Made by a program: the position numbers and the translations under genes. The notes beneath the pieces are model-generated. The model saw only the letters and a program-made list of their open reading frames with translations, had not been told where the DNA came from and searched no databases. A DNA stretch of 64,000 nucleotides from the NCBI GenBank assembly GCA_964016885.1, contig OZ024745.1, forward strand, positions 5,828,001 to 5,892,000. The letters are read 5' to 3'. Source of the DNA: Eledone cirrhosa. Taxonomy: Eukaryota. Of the stretch, positions 21,001 to 32,740 are shown one piece after another; within the stretch, counting starts at the first letter, position 1; each line of letters begins with the position of its first letter.

Positions 21001-24000
21001 GGTTTGTTCCTGGTTTGAGGTGGTGGGTGGTCTAGTGTCGTGGGTTTGTTCCTGGTTTGAGCTGGTGGATGGTCTAGTGTCGTGGGTTTGTTCCTGGTTT
21101 GAGCTGGTGGATGGTCTAGTGTCGTGTGTTTGTTCCTGGTTTGAGGTGGTGGATGGTCTAGTGTCGTGGGTTTGTTCCTGGTTTGAGGTGGTGGATGGTC
21201 TAGTGTCGTGGGTTTGTTCCTGGTTTGAGGTGGTGGGTGGTCTAGTGTCGTGGGTTTTTTCCTGGTTTGAGGTGGTGGGTGGTCTAGTGTCGTGGGTTTG
21301 ATTCCTGGTTTGAGGTGGTGGATGGTCTAGTGTCGTGGGTTTGATTCCTGGGTTGGGGTGGTGGGTGGTCTAGTGTCGTGGGTTTGATTCCTGGGTTGGG
21401 TAGTGGGTGGTCTAGTGTCGTGGGTTTGTTCCTGGTTTGAGGTGGTGGATGGTCTAGTGTCGTGGGTTTGTTCCTGGTTTGAGGTGGTGGATGGTCTAGT
21501 GTCGTGGGTTTGTTCCTGGGTTTGAGGTGGTGGGTGGTCTAGTGTCGTGGGTTTGTTCCTGGTTTGAGGTGGTGGGTGGTCTAGTGTCGTGGGTTTTTTC
21601 CTGGTTTGAGGTGGTGGGTGGTCTAGTGTCGTGGGTTTGTTCCTGGTTTGAGGTGGTGGGTGGTCTAGTGTCGTGGGTTTGATTCCTGTTTTGAGGTGGT
21701 GGATGGTCTAGTGTCGTGGGTTTGATTCCTGGGTTGGGGTGCTGGGTGGTCTAGTGTCGTGGGTTTGATTCCTGGGTTGGGGTGGTGGGTTGTCTAGTGT
21801 CGTGGGTTTGTTCCTGGTTTGAGGTGGTGGGTGGTCTAGTGTCGTGGGTTTGATTCCTGGGTTGGGGTGGTGGCTGGTCTAATGTCGTGGGGTTGATTCC
21901 TTGTTTGAGGTGGTGGGTGGTCTAGTGTCGTGGGTTTGATTCCTGGGTTGGTGTGGTGGGTGGTCTAGTGTCGTGGGTTTGATTCCTGGTTTGATGTGGT
22001 GGATGGTCTAGTGTCGTGGGTTTGATACCTGGGTTGGGGTGGTGGGTGGTCTAGTGTCGTGGGTTTGATTATGGGTTGGGGTGGTGGTTGGTCTAGTTTC
22101 GTGGGATTGATTCTTGGGTTGGGGTGGTGGGTGGTCTAGTGTCGTGGGGTTGATTCCTGGTTTGAGGTGGTGGGTGGTCTAGTATCGTTGGTTTGATTAT
22201 GGGTTGGGGTGGTGGGTGGTCTAGTGTCGTGGGTTTGATTCCTGGTTTGAGTTGGTGGGTGGTCTAGTGTCTTGGGTTTGATTCCTGGGTTGAGGTTGTG
22301 GGTGGTCTAGTGTCGTGGGTTTGATTATGGGTTAGGGTGGTGGGTGGTCTAGTGTCGTGGGTTTGATTCCTGGTTTGAAGTGACGGGTGGTCTAGTGTCG
22401 TGGGTTTGTTCCTGGTTTGAGGTGGTGGTTGGTCTAGTGTCGTGGGTTTGTTCCTGGTTTGAGGTGATGGGTGGTCTAGTGTCGTGGGTTTGTTCCTGGT
22501 TTGAGCTGGTGGATGGTCTAGTGTCGTGGGTTTGTTCCTGGTTCTGAGGTGGTGGATGGTCTAGTGTCGTGGGTTTGTTCCTGGTTTGAGGTGATGGATG
22601 GTCTAGTGTCGTGGGTTTGTTCCTGGTTTGAGGTGGTGGATGGTCTAGTGTCGTGGGTTTGTTCCTGGTTTGAGGTGGTGGGTGGTCTAGTGTCGTGGGT
22701 TTTTTCCTGGTTTGAGGTGGTGGGTGGTCTAGTGTCGTGGGTTTGATTCCTGGTTTGAGGTGGTGGATGGTCTAGTGTCGTGGGTTTGATTCCTGGGTTG
22801 GGGTGGTGGGTGGTCTAGTGTCGTGGGTTTGATTCCTGGGTTGGGGTGGTGGGTGGTCTAGTGTCGTGGGTTTGTTCCTGGTTTGAGGTGGTGGATAGTC
22901 TAGTGTCGTGGGTTTATTCCTGGTTTGAGGTGGTGGATGGTCTAGTGTCGTGGGTTTGTTCCTGGGTTTGAGGTGGTGGGTGGTCTAGTGTCGTGGGTTT
23001 GTTCCTGGTTTGAGGTGGTGGGTGGTCTAGTGTCGTGGGTTTTTTCCTGGTTTGAGGTGGTGGGTGGTCTAGTGTCGTGGGTTTGTTCCTGGTTTGAGGT
23101 GGTGGGTGGTCTAGTGTCGTGGGTTTGATTCCTGTTTTGAGGTGGTGGATGGTCTAGTGTCGTGGGTTTGATTCCTGGGTTGGGGTGCTGGGTGGTCTAG
23201 TGTCGTGGGTTTGATTCCTGGGTTGGGGTGGTGGCTGGTCTAGTGTCGTGGGTTTGTTCCTGGTTTGAGGTGGTGGGTGGTCTAGTGTCGTGGGTTTGAT
23301 TCCTGGGTTGGGGTGGTGGCTGGTCTAATGTCGTGGGGTTGATTCCTGGTTTGAGGTGGTGGGTGGTCTAGTGTCGTGGGTTTGATTCCTGGGTTGGGGT
23401 GGTGGGTGGTCTAGTGTCGTGGGTTTGATTCCTGGTTTGAGGTGGTGGATGGTCTAGTGTCGTGGGTTTGTTCCTGGTTTGAGGTGGTGGATGGTCAAGT
23501 GTCGTGGGTTTGTTCCTGGTTTGAGGTGGTGGATGGTCTAGTGTCGTGGGTTTGTTCCTGGTTTGAGGTGGTGGATGGTCTAGTGTCGTGGGTTTGTTCC
23601 TGGTTTGAGGTGGTGGGTGGTCTAGTGTCGTGGGTTTGTTCCTGGTTTGAGGTGGTGGATGGTCTAGTGTCGTGGGTTTGTTCCTGGTTTGAGGGGGTGG
23701 ATGGTCTAGTGTCGTGGGTTTGTTCCTGGTTTGAGGTGGTGGATGGTCTAGTGTCGTGGGTTTGTTCCTGGTTTGAGGTGGTGGATGGTCTAGTGTCGTG
23801 GGTTTGTTCCTTGTTTGAGGTGGTGGGTGGTCTAGTGTCGTGGGTTTTTTCCTGGTTTGAGGTGGTGGGTGGTCTAGTGTCGTGGGTTTGATTCCTGGTT
23901 TGAGGTGGTGGATGGTCTAGTGTCGTGGGTTTGTTCATGGTTTGAGGAGGTGGATAGTCTAGTGTCGTGGGTTTGTTCCTGGTTTGAGCTGGTGGATGGT

Positions 24001-24900
24001 CTAGTGTCGTGGGTTTGTTCCTGGGTTTGAGGTGGTGGGTGGTCTAGTGTCGTGGGTTTGTTCCTGGTTTGAAGTGGTGGGTGGTCTAGTGTCGTGGGTT
24101 TTCTCCTAGTTTGAGGTGGTGGGTGGTCTAGTGACGTGGGTTTGTTCCTGGTTTGATGTGGTGGGTGGTCTAGTGTCGTGGGTTTGATTCCTGTTTTGAG
24201 GTGGTGGATGGTCTAGTGTCGTGGGTTTGATTCCTGGGTTGGGGTGGTGGGTGGTCTAGTGTCGTGGGTTTGATTCCTGGGTTGGGGTGGTGGGTGGTCT
24301 AGTGTCGTGGGTTTGTTCCTGGTTTGAGGTGGTGGGTGGTCTAGTGTCGTGGGTTTGATTCCTGGGTTGGGGTGGTGGGTGGTCTAGTGTCGTGGGTTTG
24401 ATTCCTGGTTTGAGGTGGTGGGTGGTCTATTATCGTGGGTTTGATTCCTGGTTTGAGGTGGTGGATGGTCTAGTGTCGTGGGTTTGTTCCTGGTTTGAGG
24501 TGGTGGATGGTCTAGTGTCGTGGGTTTGTTCCTGGTTTGAGGTGGTGGATGGTCCAGTGTCGTGGGTTTGTTCCTGTTTTGAGGTGGTGGATGGTCTAGT
24601 GTCGTGGGTTTGTTCCTGGTTTGAGGTGGTGGGTGGTCTAGTGTCGTGGGTTTGTTCCTGGTTTCAGGTGGTGGATGGTCTAGTGTCGTGGGTTTGTTCC
24701 TGGTTTGAGGTGGTGGATAGTCTAGTGTCGTGGGTTTGTTCCTGGTTTGAGGTGGTGGATGGTCTAGTGTCGTGGGTTTGTTCCTGGGTTTGAGGTGGTG
24801 GGTGGTCTAGTGTCGTGGGTTTGTTCCTGGTTTGAGGTGGTGGGTGGTCTAGTGTCGTGGGTTTTTCCTGGTTTGAGGTGGTGGGTGGTCTAGTGTCGTG
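15050..24900 (+). repeat. ~10-kb block repeated at ~34500-44250 (offset ~19.35-19.48 kb)
   Basis: ORF pairs and offsets: 16077/35517 (19440), 17801/37240 (19439), 18703/38141 (19438), 20658/40139 (19481), 23442/42836 (19394) and 24392/43744 (19352). Shared variants include GGCGTTGATT, GGTGAATGG, TAGAGTCG and TAGTGACG. Confidence 0.9.
21940..22390 (+). repeat. Diverged cassette B, first copy; others at ~27450-27900, partial ~33830-33960, ~41330-41780, ~50700-51155, ~56340-56795, ~62955-63410
   Basis: Ordered private variants: TTGGTGTGG, TTGATGTGG, GATACCTGG, GATTATGGG (three times), TAGTTTCG, TAGTATCGTTGG, GAGGTTGTGG, GGGTTAGGG and GAAGTGACGG. The last marker lies at ~22377, 27892, 33950, 41772, 51145, 56786 and 63401. 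Confidence 0.9.
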
Positions 24901-27900
24901 GGTTTGATTCCTGTTTTGAGGTGGTGGATGGTCTAGTGTCGTGGGTTTGATTCCTGGGTTGGGGTGGTGGGTGGTCTAGTGTCGTGGGTTTGATTCCTGG
25001 GTTGGGGTGGTGGGTGGTCTAGTGTCGTGGGTTTGTTCCTGGTTTGAGGTGGTGGATGGTCTAGTGTCGTGGGTTTGATTCCTGGGTTGGGGTGGTGGGT
25101 GGTCTAGTGTCGTGGGGTTGATTCCTGGTTTGAGGTGGTGGGTGGTCTATTGTCGTGGGTTTGATTCCTGGTTTGAGGTGGTGGATGGTCTAGTGTCGTG
25201 GGTTTGTTCCTGGTTTGAGGTGGTGGATGGTCTAGTGTCGTGGGTTTGTTCCTGGTTTGAGGTGGTGGATGGTCTAGTGTCGTGGGTTTGTTCCTGGTTT
25301 GAGGTGGTGGGTGGTCTAGTGTCGTGGGTTTGTTCCTGGTTTGAGGTGGTGGATAGTCTAGTGTCGTGGGTTTGTTCCTGGTTTGAGGTGGTGGATGGTC
25401 TAGTGTCGTGGGTTTGTTCCAGGGTTTGAGGTGGTGGGTGGTCTAGTGTCGTGGGTTTGTTCCTGGTTTGAGGTGGTGGGTGGTCTAGTGTCGTGGGTTT
25501 GTTCCTGGTTTGAGCGGGTGGATGGTCTAGTGTCGTGGTTTTGTTCCTGGTTTGAGGTGGTGGATGGTCTAGTGTCGTGGGTTTGTTCCTGGTTTGAGGT
25601 GGTGGATGGTCTAGTGTCGTGGGTTTGTTCCTGGTTTGAGGTGGTGGATGGTCTAGTGTCGTGGGTTTGTTCCTGGTTTGAGGTGGTGGGTGGTCTAGTG
25701 TCGTGGGTTTTTTCCTGGTTTGAGGTGGTGGGTGGTCTAGTGTCGTGGGTTTGATTCCTGGTTTGAGGTGGTGGATGGTCTAGTGTCGTGGGTTTGATTC
25801 CTGGGTTGGGGTGGTGGGTGGTCTAGTGTCGTGGGTTTGATTCCTGGGTTGGGGTGGTGGGTGGTCTAGTCTCGTGGGTTTGTTCCTGGTTTGAGGTGGT
25901 GGATGGTCTAGTGTCGTGGGTTTGATTCCTGGGTTGGGGTGGTGGGTGGTCTAGTGTCGTGGGTTTGATTCCTGGGTTGGGGTGGTGGGTGGTCTAGTCT
26001 CGTGGGTTTGATTCCTGGGTTGGGGTGGTGGGTGGTCTAGTGTCGTGGGGTTGATTCCTGGGTTGGGGTGGTGGGTGGTCTAGTGTCTTGGGTTTGATTC
26101 CTGGGTTAGGGTGGTGGGTGGTCTAGTGTCGTGGGGTTGATTCCTGTGTTGGGGTGGTGGGTGGTCTAGTGTCTTGGGTTTGATTCCTGGTTTGAGGTGG
26201 TGGGTGGTCTATTATCGTGGGTTTGATTCCTGGTTTGAGGTGGTGGATGGTCTAGTGTCGTGGGTTTGTTCCTGGTTTGAGGTGGTGGATGGTCTAGTGT
26301 CGTGGGTTTGTTCCTGGTTTGAGGTGGTGGATGGTCTAGTGTCGTGGGTTTGTTCCTGGTTTGAGGTGGTGGATGGTCTAGTGTCGTGGGTTTGTTCCAG
26401 GGTTTGAGGTGGTGGATGGTCTAGTGTCGTGGGTTTGTTCCTGGTTTGAGGTGGTGGATGGTCTAGTGTCGTGGGTTTGTTCCAGGGTTTGAGGTGGTGG
26501 GTGGTCTAGTGTTGTGGGTTTGTTCCTGGTTTGATGTGGTGGGTGGTCTAGTGTCGTGGGTTTGTTCCTGGTTTGAGCTAGTGGATGGTCTAGTGTCGTG
26601 GGTTTGTTCCTGGTTTGAGGTGGTGGATGGTCTAGTGTCGTGGGTTTGTTCCTGGTTTGAGGTGGTGGATGGTCTAGTGTCGTGGGTTTGTTCCTGGTTT
26701 GAGGTGGTGGATGGTCTAGTGTCGTGGGTTTGTTCCTGGTTTGAGGTGGTGGGTGGTCTAGTGTCTTGGGTTTTTTCCTGGTTTGAGGTGGTGGGTGGTC
26801 TAGTGTCGTGGGTTTGATTCCTGGTTTGAGGTGGTGGATGGTCTAGTGTCGTGGGTTTGATTCCTGGGTTGGGGTGGTGGGTGGTCTAGTGTCGTGGGTT
26901 TGATTCCTGGGTTGGGTAGTGGGTGGTCTAGTGTCGTGGGTTTGTTCCTGGTTTGAGGTGGTGGATAGTCTAGTGTCGTGGGTTTGTTCCTGGTTTGAGG
27001 TGGTGGATGGTCTAGTGTCGTGGGTTTGTTCCTGGGTTTGAGGTGGTGGGTGGTCTAGTGTCGTGGGTTTGTTCCTGGTTTGAGGTGGTGGGTGGTCTAG
27101 TGTCGTGGGTTTTTCCTGGTTTGAGGTGGTGGGTGGTCTAGTGTCGTGGGTTTGTTCCTGGTTTGAGGTGGTGGGTGGTCTAGTGTCGTGGGTTTGATTC
27201 CTGTTTTGAGGTGGTGGATGGTCTAGTGTCGTGGGTTTGATTCCTGGGTTGGGGTGCTGGGTGGTCTAGTGTCGTGGGTTTGAATCCTGGGTTGGGGTGG
27301 TGGGTTGTCTAGTGTCGTGGGTTTGTTCCTGGTTTGAGGTGGTGGGTGGTCTAGTGTCGTGGGTTTGATTCCTGGGTTGGGGTGGTGGCTGGTCTAATGT
27401 CGTGGGGTTGATTCCTGGTTTGAGGTGGTGGGTGGTCTAGTGTCGTGGGTTTGATTCCTGGGTTGGTGTGGTGGGTGGTCTAGTGTCGTGGGTTTGATTC
27501 CTGGTTTGATGTGGTGGATGGTCTAGTGTCGTGGGTTTGATACCTGGGTTGGGATGGTGGGTGGTCTAGTGTCGTGGGTTTGATTATGGGTTGGGGTGGT
27601 GGTTGGTCTAGTTTCGTGGGATTGATTCTTGGGTTGGGGTGGTGGGTGGTCTAGTGTCGTGGGGTTGATTCCTGGTTTGAGGTGGTGGGTGGTCTAGTAT
27701 CGTTGGTTTGATTATGGGTTGGGGTGGTGGGTGGTCTAGTGTCGTGGGTTTGATACCTGGTTTGAGGTGGTGGGTGGTCTAGTGTCTTGGGTTTGATTCC
27801 TGGGTTGAGGTTGTGGGTGGTCTAGTGTCGTGGGTTTGATTATGGGTTAGGGTGGTGGGTGGTCTAGTGTCGTGGGTTTGATTCCTGGTTTGAAGTGACG

Positions 27901-28719
27901 GGTGGTCTAGTGTCGTGGGTTTGTTCCTGGTTTGAGGTGGTGGGTGGTCTAGTGTCGTGGGTTTGTTCCTGGTTTGAGGTGGTGGGTGGTCTAGTGTCGT
28001 GGGTTTGTTCCTGGTTTGAGCTGGTGGATGGTCTAGTGTCGTGGGTTTGTTCCTGGTTTGAGGTGGTGGATGGTCTAGTGTCGTGGGTTTGTTCCTGGTT
28101 TGAGGTGGTGGATGGTCTAGTGTCGTGGGTTTGTTCCTGGTTTGAGGTGGTGGATGGTCTAGTGTCGTGGGTTTGTTCCTGGTTTGAGGTGGTGGGTGGT
28201 CTAGTGTCGTGGGTTTTTTCCTGGTTTGAGGTGGTGGGTGGTCTAGTGTCGTGGGTTTGATTCCTGGTTTGAGGTGGTGGATGGTCTAGTGTCGTGGGTT
28301 TGATTCCTGGGTTGGGGTGGTGGGTGGTCTAGTGTCGTGGGTTTGATTCCTGGGTTGGGGTGGTGGGTGGTCTAGTGTCGTGGGTTTGTTCCTGGTTTGA
28401 GGTGGTGGATAGTCTAGTGTCGTGGGTTTGTTCCTGGTTTGAGGTGGTGGATGGTCTAGTGTCGTGGGTTTGTTCCTGGGTTTGAGGTGGTGGGTGGTCT
28501 AGTGTCGTGGGTTTGTTCCTGCTTTGAGGTGGTGGGTGGTCTAGTGTCGTGGGTTTTTTCCTGGTTTGAGGTGGTGGGTCTTCTAGTGTCGTGGGTTTGT
28601 TCCTGGTTTGAGGTGGTGGGTGGTCTAGTTTCGTGGGTTTGATTCCTGTGTTGAGGTGGTGGATGGTCTAGTGTCGTGGGTTTGATTCCTGGGTTGGGGT
28701 GCTGGGTGGTCTAGTGTCG

Positions 28720-31700
28720 TGGGTTTGATTCCTGGGTTGGGGTGGTGGCTGGTCTAGTGTCGTGGGTTTGTTCCTGGTTTGAGGTGGTGGGTGGTCTAGT
28801 GTCGTGGGTTTGATTCCTGGGTTGGGGTGATGGCTGGTCTATTGTCGTGGGGTTGATTCCTGGTTTGAGGTGGTGGATGGTCTAGTGTCGCGGGTTTGAT
28901 TCCTGGTTTGAGGTGGTGGATGGTCAAGTGTCGTGGGTTTGTTCCTGGTTTGAGGTGGTGGATGGTCTAGTGTCGTGGGTTTGTTCCTGGTTTGAGGTGG
29001 TGGATGGTCTAGTGTCGTGGGTTTGTTCCTGGTTTGAGGTGGTGGGTGGTCTAGTGTCGTGGGTTTGTTCCTGGTTTGAGGTGGTGGATGGTCTAGTGTC
29101 GTGGGTTTGTTCCTGGTTTGAGGGGGTGGATGGTCTAGTGTCGTGGGTTTGTTCCTGGTTTGAGGTGGTGGATGGTCTAGTGTCGTGGGTTTGTTCCTGG
29201 TTTGAGGTGGTGGATGGTCTAGTGTCGTGGGTTTGTTCCTGGTTTGAGGTGGTGGGTGGTCTAGTGTCGTGGGTTTTTTCCTGGTTTGAGGTGGTGGGTG
29301 GTCTAGTGTCGTGGGTTTGATTCCTGGTTTGAGGTGGTGGATGGTCTAGTGTCGTGGGTTTGTTCCTGGTTTGAGGAGGTGGATAGTCTAGTGTCGTGGG
29401 TTTGTTCCTGGTTTGAGCTGGTGGATGGTCTAGTGTCGTGGGTTTGTTCCTGGGTTTGAGGTGGTGGGTGGTCTAGTGTCGTGGGTTTGTTCCTGGTTTG
29501 AAGTGGTGGGTGGTCTAGTGTCGTGGGTTTTCTCCTGGTTTGAGGTGGTGGGTGGTCTAGTGTCGTGGGTTTGTTCCTGGTTTGAGGTGGTGGGTGGTCT
29601 AGTGTCGTGGGTTTGATTCCTGTTTTGAGGTGGTGGATGGTCTAGTGTCGTGGGTTTGATTCCTGGGTTGGGGTGGTGGGTGGTCTAGTGTCGTGGGTTT
29701 GATTCCTGGGTTGGGGTGGTGGGTGGTCTAGTGTCGTGGGTTTGTTCCTGGTTTGAGGTGGTGGGTGGTCTAGTGTCGTGGGTTTGATTCCTGGGTTGGG
29801 GTGGTGGGTGGTCTAGTGTCGTGGGGTTGATTCCTGGGTTGGGGTGGTGGGTGGTCTAGTGTCGTGGGTTTGATTCCTGGTTTGAGGTGGTGGGTGGTCT
29901 ATTATCGTGGGTTTGATTCCTGGTTTGAGGTGGTGGATGGTCTAGTGTCGTGGGTTTGTTCCTGGTTTGAGGTGGTGGATGGCCTAGTGTCGTGGGTTTG
30001 TTCCTGGTTTGAGGTGGTGGATGGTCTAGTGTCGTGGATTTGTTCCTGTTTTGAGGTGGTGGATGGTCTAGTGTCGTGGGTTTGTTCCTGGTTTGAGGTG
30101 GTGGGTGGTCTAGTGTCGTGGGTTTGTTCCTGGTTTGAGGTGGTGGATGGTCTAGTGTCGTGGGTTTGTTCCTGGTTTGAGGTGGTTGATGGTCTAGTGT
30201 CGTGGGTTTGTTCCTCGTTTGAGGTGGTGGATGGTCTAGTGTCGTGGGTTTGTTCCTGGTTTGAGGTGGTGGATGGTCTAGTGTCGTGGGTTTGTTCCTG
30301 GTTTGAGGTGGTGGGTGGTCTAGTGTCGTGGGTTTTTTCCTGGTTTGAGGTGGTGGGTGGTCTAGTGTCGTGGGTTTGATTCCTGGATTGAGGTGGTGGA
30401 TGGTCTAGTGTCGTGGGTTTGATTCCTGGGTTGGGGTGGTGGGTGGTCTAGTGTCGTGGGTTTGATTCCTGGGTTGGCGTGGTGGGTGGTCTAGTGTCGT
30501 GGGTTTGTTCCTGGTTTGAGGTGGTGGATAGTCTAGTGTCGTGGGTTTGTTCCTGGTTTGAGGTGGTGGATGGTCTAGTGTCGTGGGTTTGTTCCTAGGT
30601 TTGAGGTGGTGGGTGGTCTAGTGTCGTGGGTTTGTTCCTGGTTTGAGGTGGTGGGTGTTCTAGTGTCGTGGGTTTTTCCTGGTTTGAGGTGGTGGGTGGT
30701 CTAGTGTCGTGGGTTTGTTCCTGGTTTGAGCTGGTGGATGGTCTAGTGTCGTGGGTTTGATTCCTGGGTTGGGGTGGTGGCTGGTCTAGTGTCGTGGGTT
30801 TGTTCCTGGTTTGAGGTGGTGGGTGGTCTAGTGTCGTGGGTTTGATTCCTGGGTTGGGGTGGTGGCTGGTCTAATGTCGTGGGGTTGATTCCTGGTTTGA
30901 GGTGGTGGATGGTCTAGTGTCGCGGGTTTGATTCCTGGTTTGAGGTGGTGGATGGTCAAGTGTCGTGGGTTTGTTCCTGGTTTGAGGTGGTGGATGGTCT
31001 AGTGTCGTGGGTTTGTTCCTGGTTTGAGGTGGTGGATGGTCTAGTGTCGTGGGTTTGTTCCTGGTTTGAGGTGGTGGGTGGTCTAGTGTCGTGGGTTTGT
31101 TCCTGGTTTGAGGTGGTGGATGGTCTAGTGTCGTGGGTTTGTTCCTGGTTTGAGGGGGTGGATGGTCTAGTGTCGTGGGTTTATTCCTGGTTTGAGGTGG
31201 TGGATGGTCTAGTGTCGTGGGTTTGTTCCTGGTTTGAGGTGGTGGATGGTCTAGTGTCGTGGGTTTGTTCCTGGTTTGAGGTGGTGGGTGGTCTAGTGTC
31301 GTGGGTTTTTTCCTGGTTTGAGGTGGTGGGTGGTCTAGTGTCGTGGGTTTGATTCCTGGTTTGAGGTGGTGGATGGTCTAGTGTCGTGGGTTTGTTCCTG
31401 GTTTGAGGAGGTGGATAGTCTAGTGTCGTGGGTTTGTTCCTGGTTTGAGCTGGTGGATGGTCTAGTGTCGTGGGTTTGTTCCTGGGTTTGAGGTGGTGGG
31501 TGGTCTAGTGTCGTGGGTTTGTTCCTGGTTTGAAGTGGTGGGTGGTCTAGTGTCGTGGGTTTTCTCCTGGTTTGAGGTGGTGGGTGGTCTAGTGTCGTGG
31601 GTTTGTTCCTGGTTTGAGGTGGTGGGTGGTCTAGTGTCGTGGGTTTGATTCCTGTTTTGAGGTGGTGGATGGTCTAGTGTCGTGGGTTTGATTCCTGGGT

Positions 31701-32740
31701 TGGGGTGGTGGGTGGTCTAGTGTCGTGGGTTTGATTCCTGGGTTGGGGTGGTGGGTGGTCTAGTGTCGTGGGTTTGTTCCTGGTTTGAGGTGGTGGGTGG
31801 TCTAGTGTCGTGGGTTTGATTCCTGGGTTGGGGTGGTGGGTGGTCTAGTGTCGTGGGGTTGATTCCTGGGTTGGGGTGGTGGGTGGTCTAGTGTCGTGGG
31901 TTTGATTCCTGGTTTGAGGTGGTGGGTGGTCTATTATCGTGGGTTTGATTCCTGGTTTGAGGTGGTGGATGGTCTAGTGTCGTGGGTTTGTTCCTGGTTT
32001 GAGGTGGTGGATGGTCTAGTGTCGTGGGTTTGTTCCTGGTTTGAGGTGGTGGATGGTCTAGTGTCGTGGGTTTGTTCCTGTTTTGAGGTGGTGGATGGTC
32101 TAGTGTCGTGGGTTTGTTCCTGGTTTGAGGTGGTGGGTGGTCTAGTGTCGTGGGTTTGTTCCTGGTTTGAGGTGGTGGATGGTCTAGTGTCGTGGGTTTG
32201 TTCCTGGTTTGAGGTGGTGGATGGTCTAGTGTCGTGGGTTTGTTCCTGGTTTGAGGTGGTGGATGGTCTAGTGTCGTGGGTTTGTTCCTGGTTTGAGGTG
32301 GTGGGTGGTCTAGTGTCGTGGGTTTTTTCCTGGTTTGAGGTGGTGGGTTGTCTAGTGTCGTGGGTTTGATTCCTGGATTGAGGTGGTGGAAGGTCTAGTG
32401 TCGTGGGTTTGATTCCTGGGTTGGAGTGGTGGGTGGTCTAGTGTCGTGGGTTTGATTCCTGGGTTGGCGTGGTGGGTGGTCTAGTGTCGTGGGTTTGTTC
32501 CTGGTTTGAGGTGGTGGATAGTCTAGTGTCGTGGGTTTGTTCCTGGTTTGAGGTGGTGGATGGTCTAGTGTCGTGGGTTTGTTCCTGGGTTTGAGGTGGT
32601 GGGTGGTCTAGTGTCGTGGGTTTGTTCCTGGTTTGAGGTGGTGGGTGTTCTAGTGTCGTGGGTTTTTCCTGGTTTGAGGTGGTGGGTGGTCTAGTGTCGT
32701 GGCTTTGTTCCTGGTTTGAGCTGGTGGATGGTCTAGTGTC
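28720..32740 (+). repeat. Tandem duplication, unit 2032 bp (second copy lacks one 42-mer); repeated in truncated form at ~57100-60180
   Basis: ORF pairs 28913/30945, 29864/31896 and 57300/59332 are offset by 2032. The 171-aa versus 157-aa ORFs differ by one 14-codon monomer. Markers: GTCGCGGG followed by GGTCAAGTG, GTTGGCGTGG and GGGTGTTCTAG. Confidence 0.88.
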
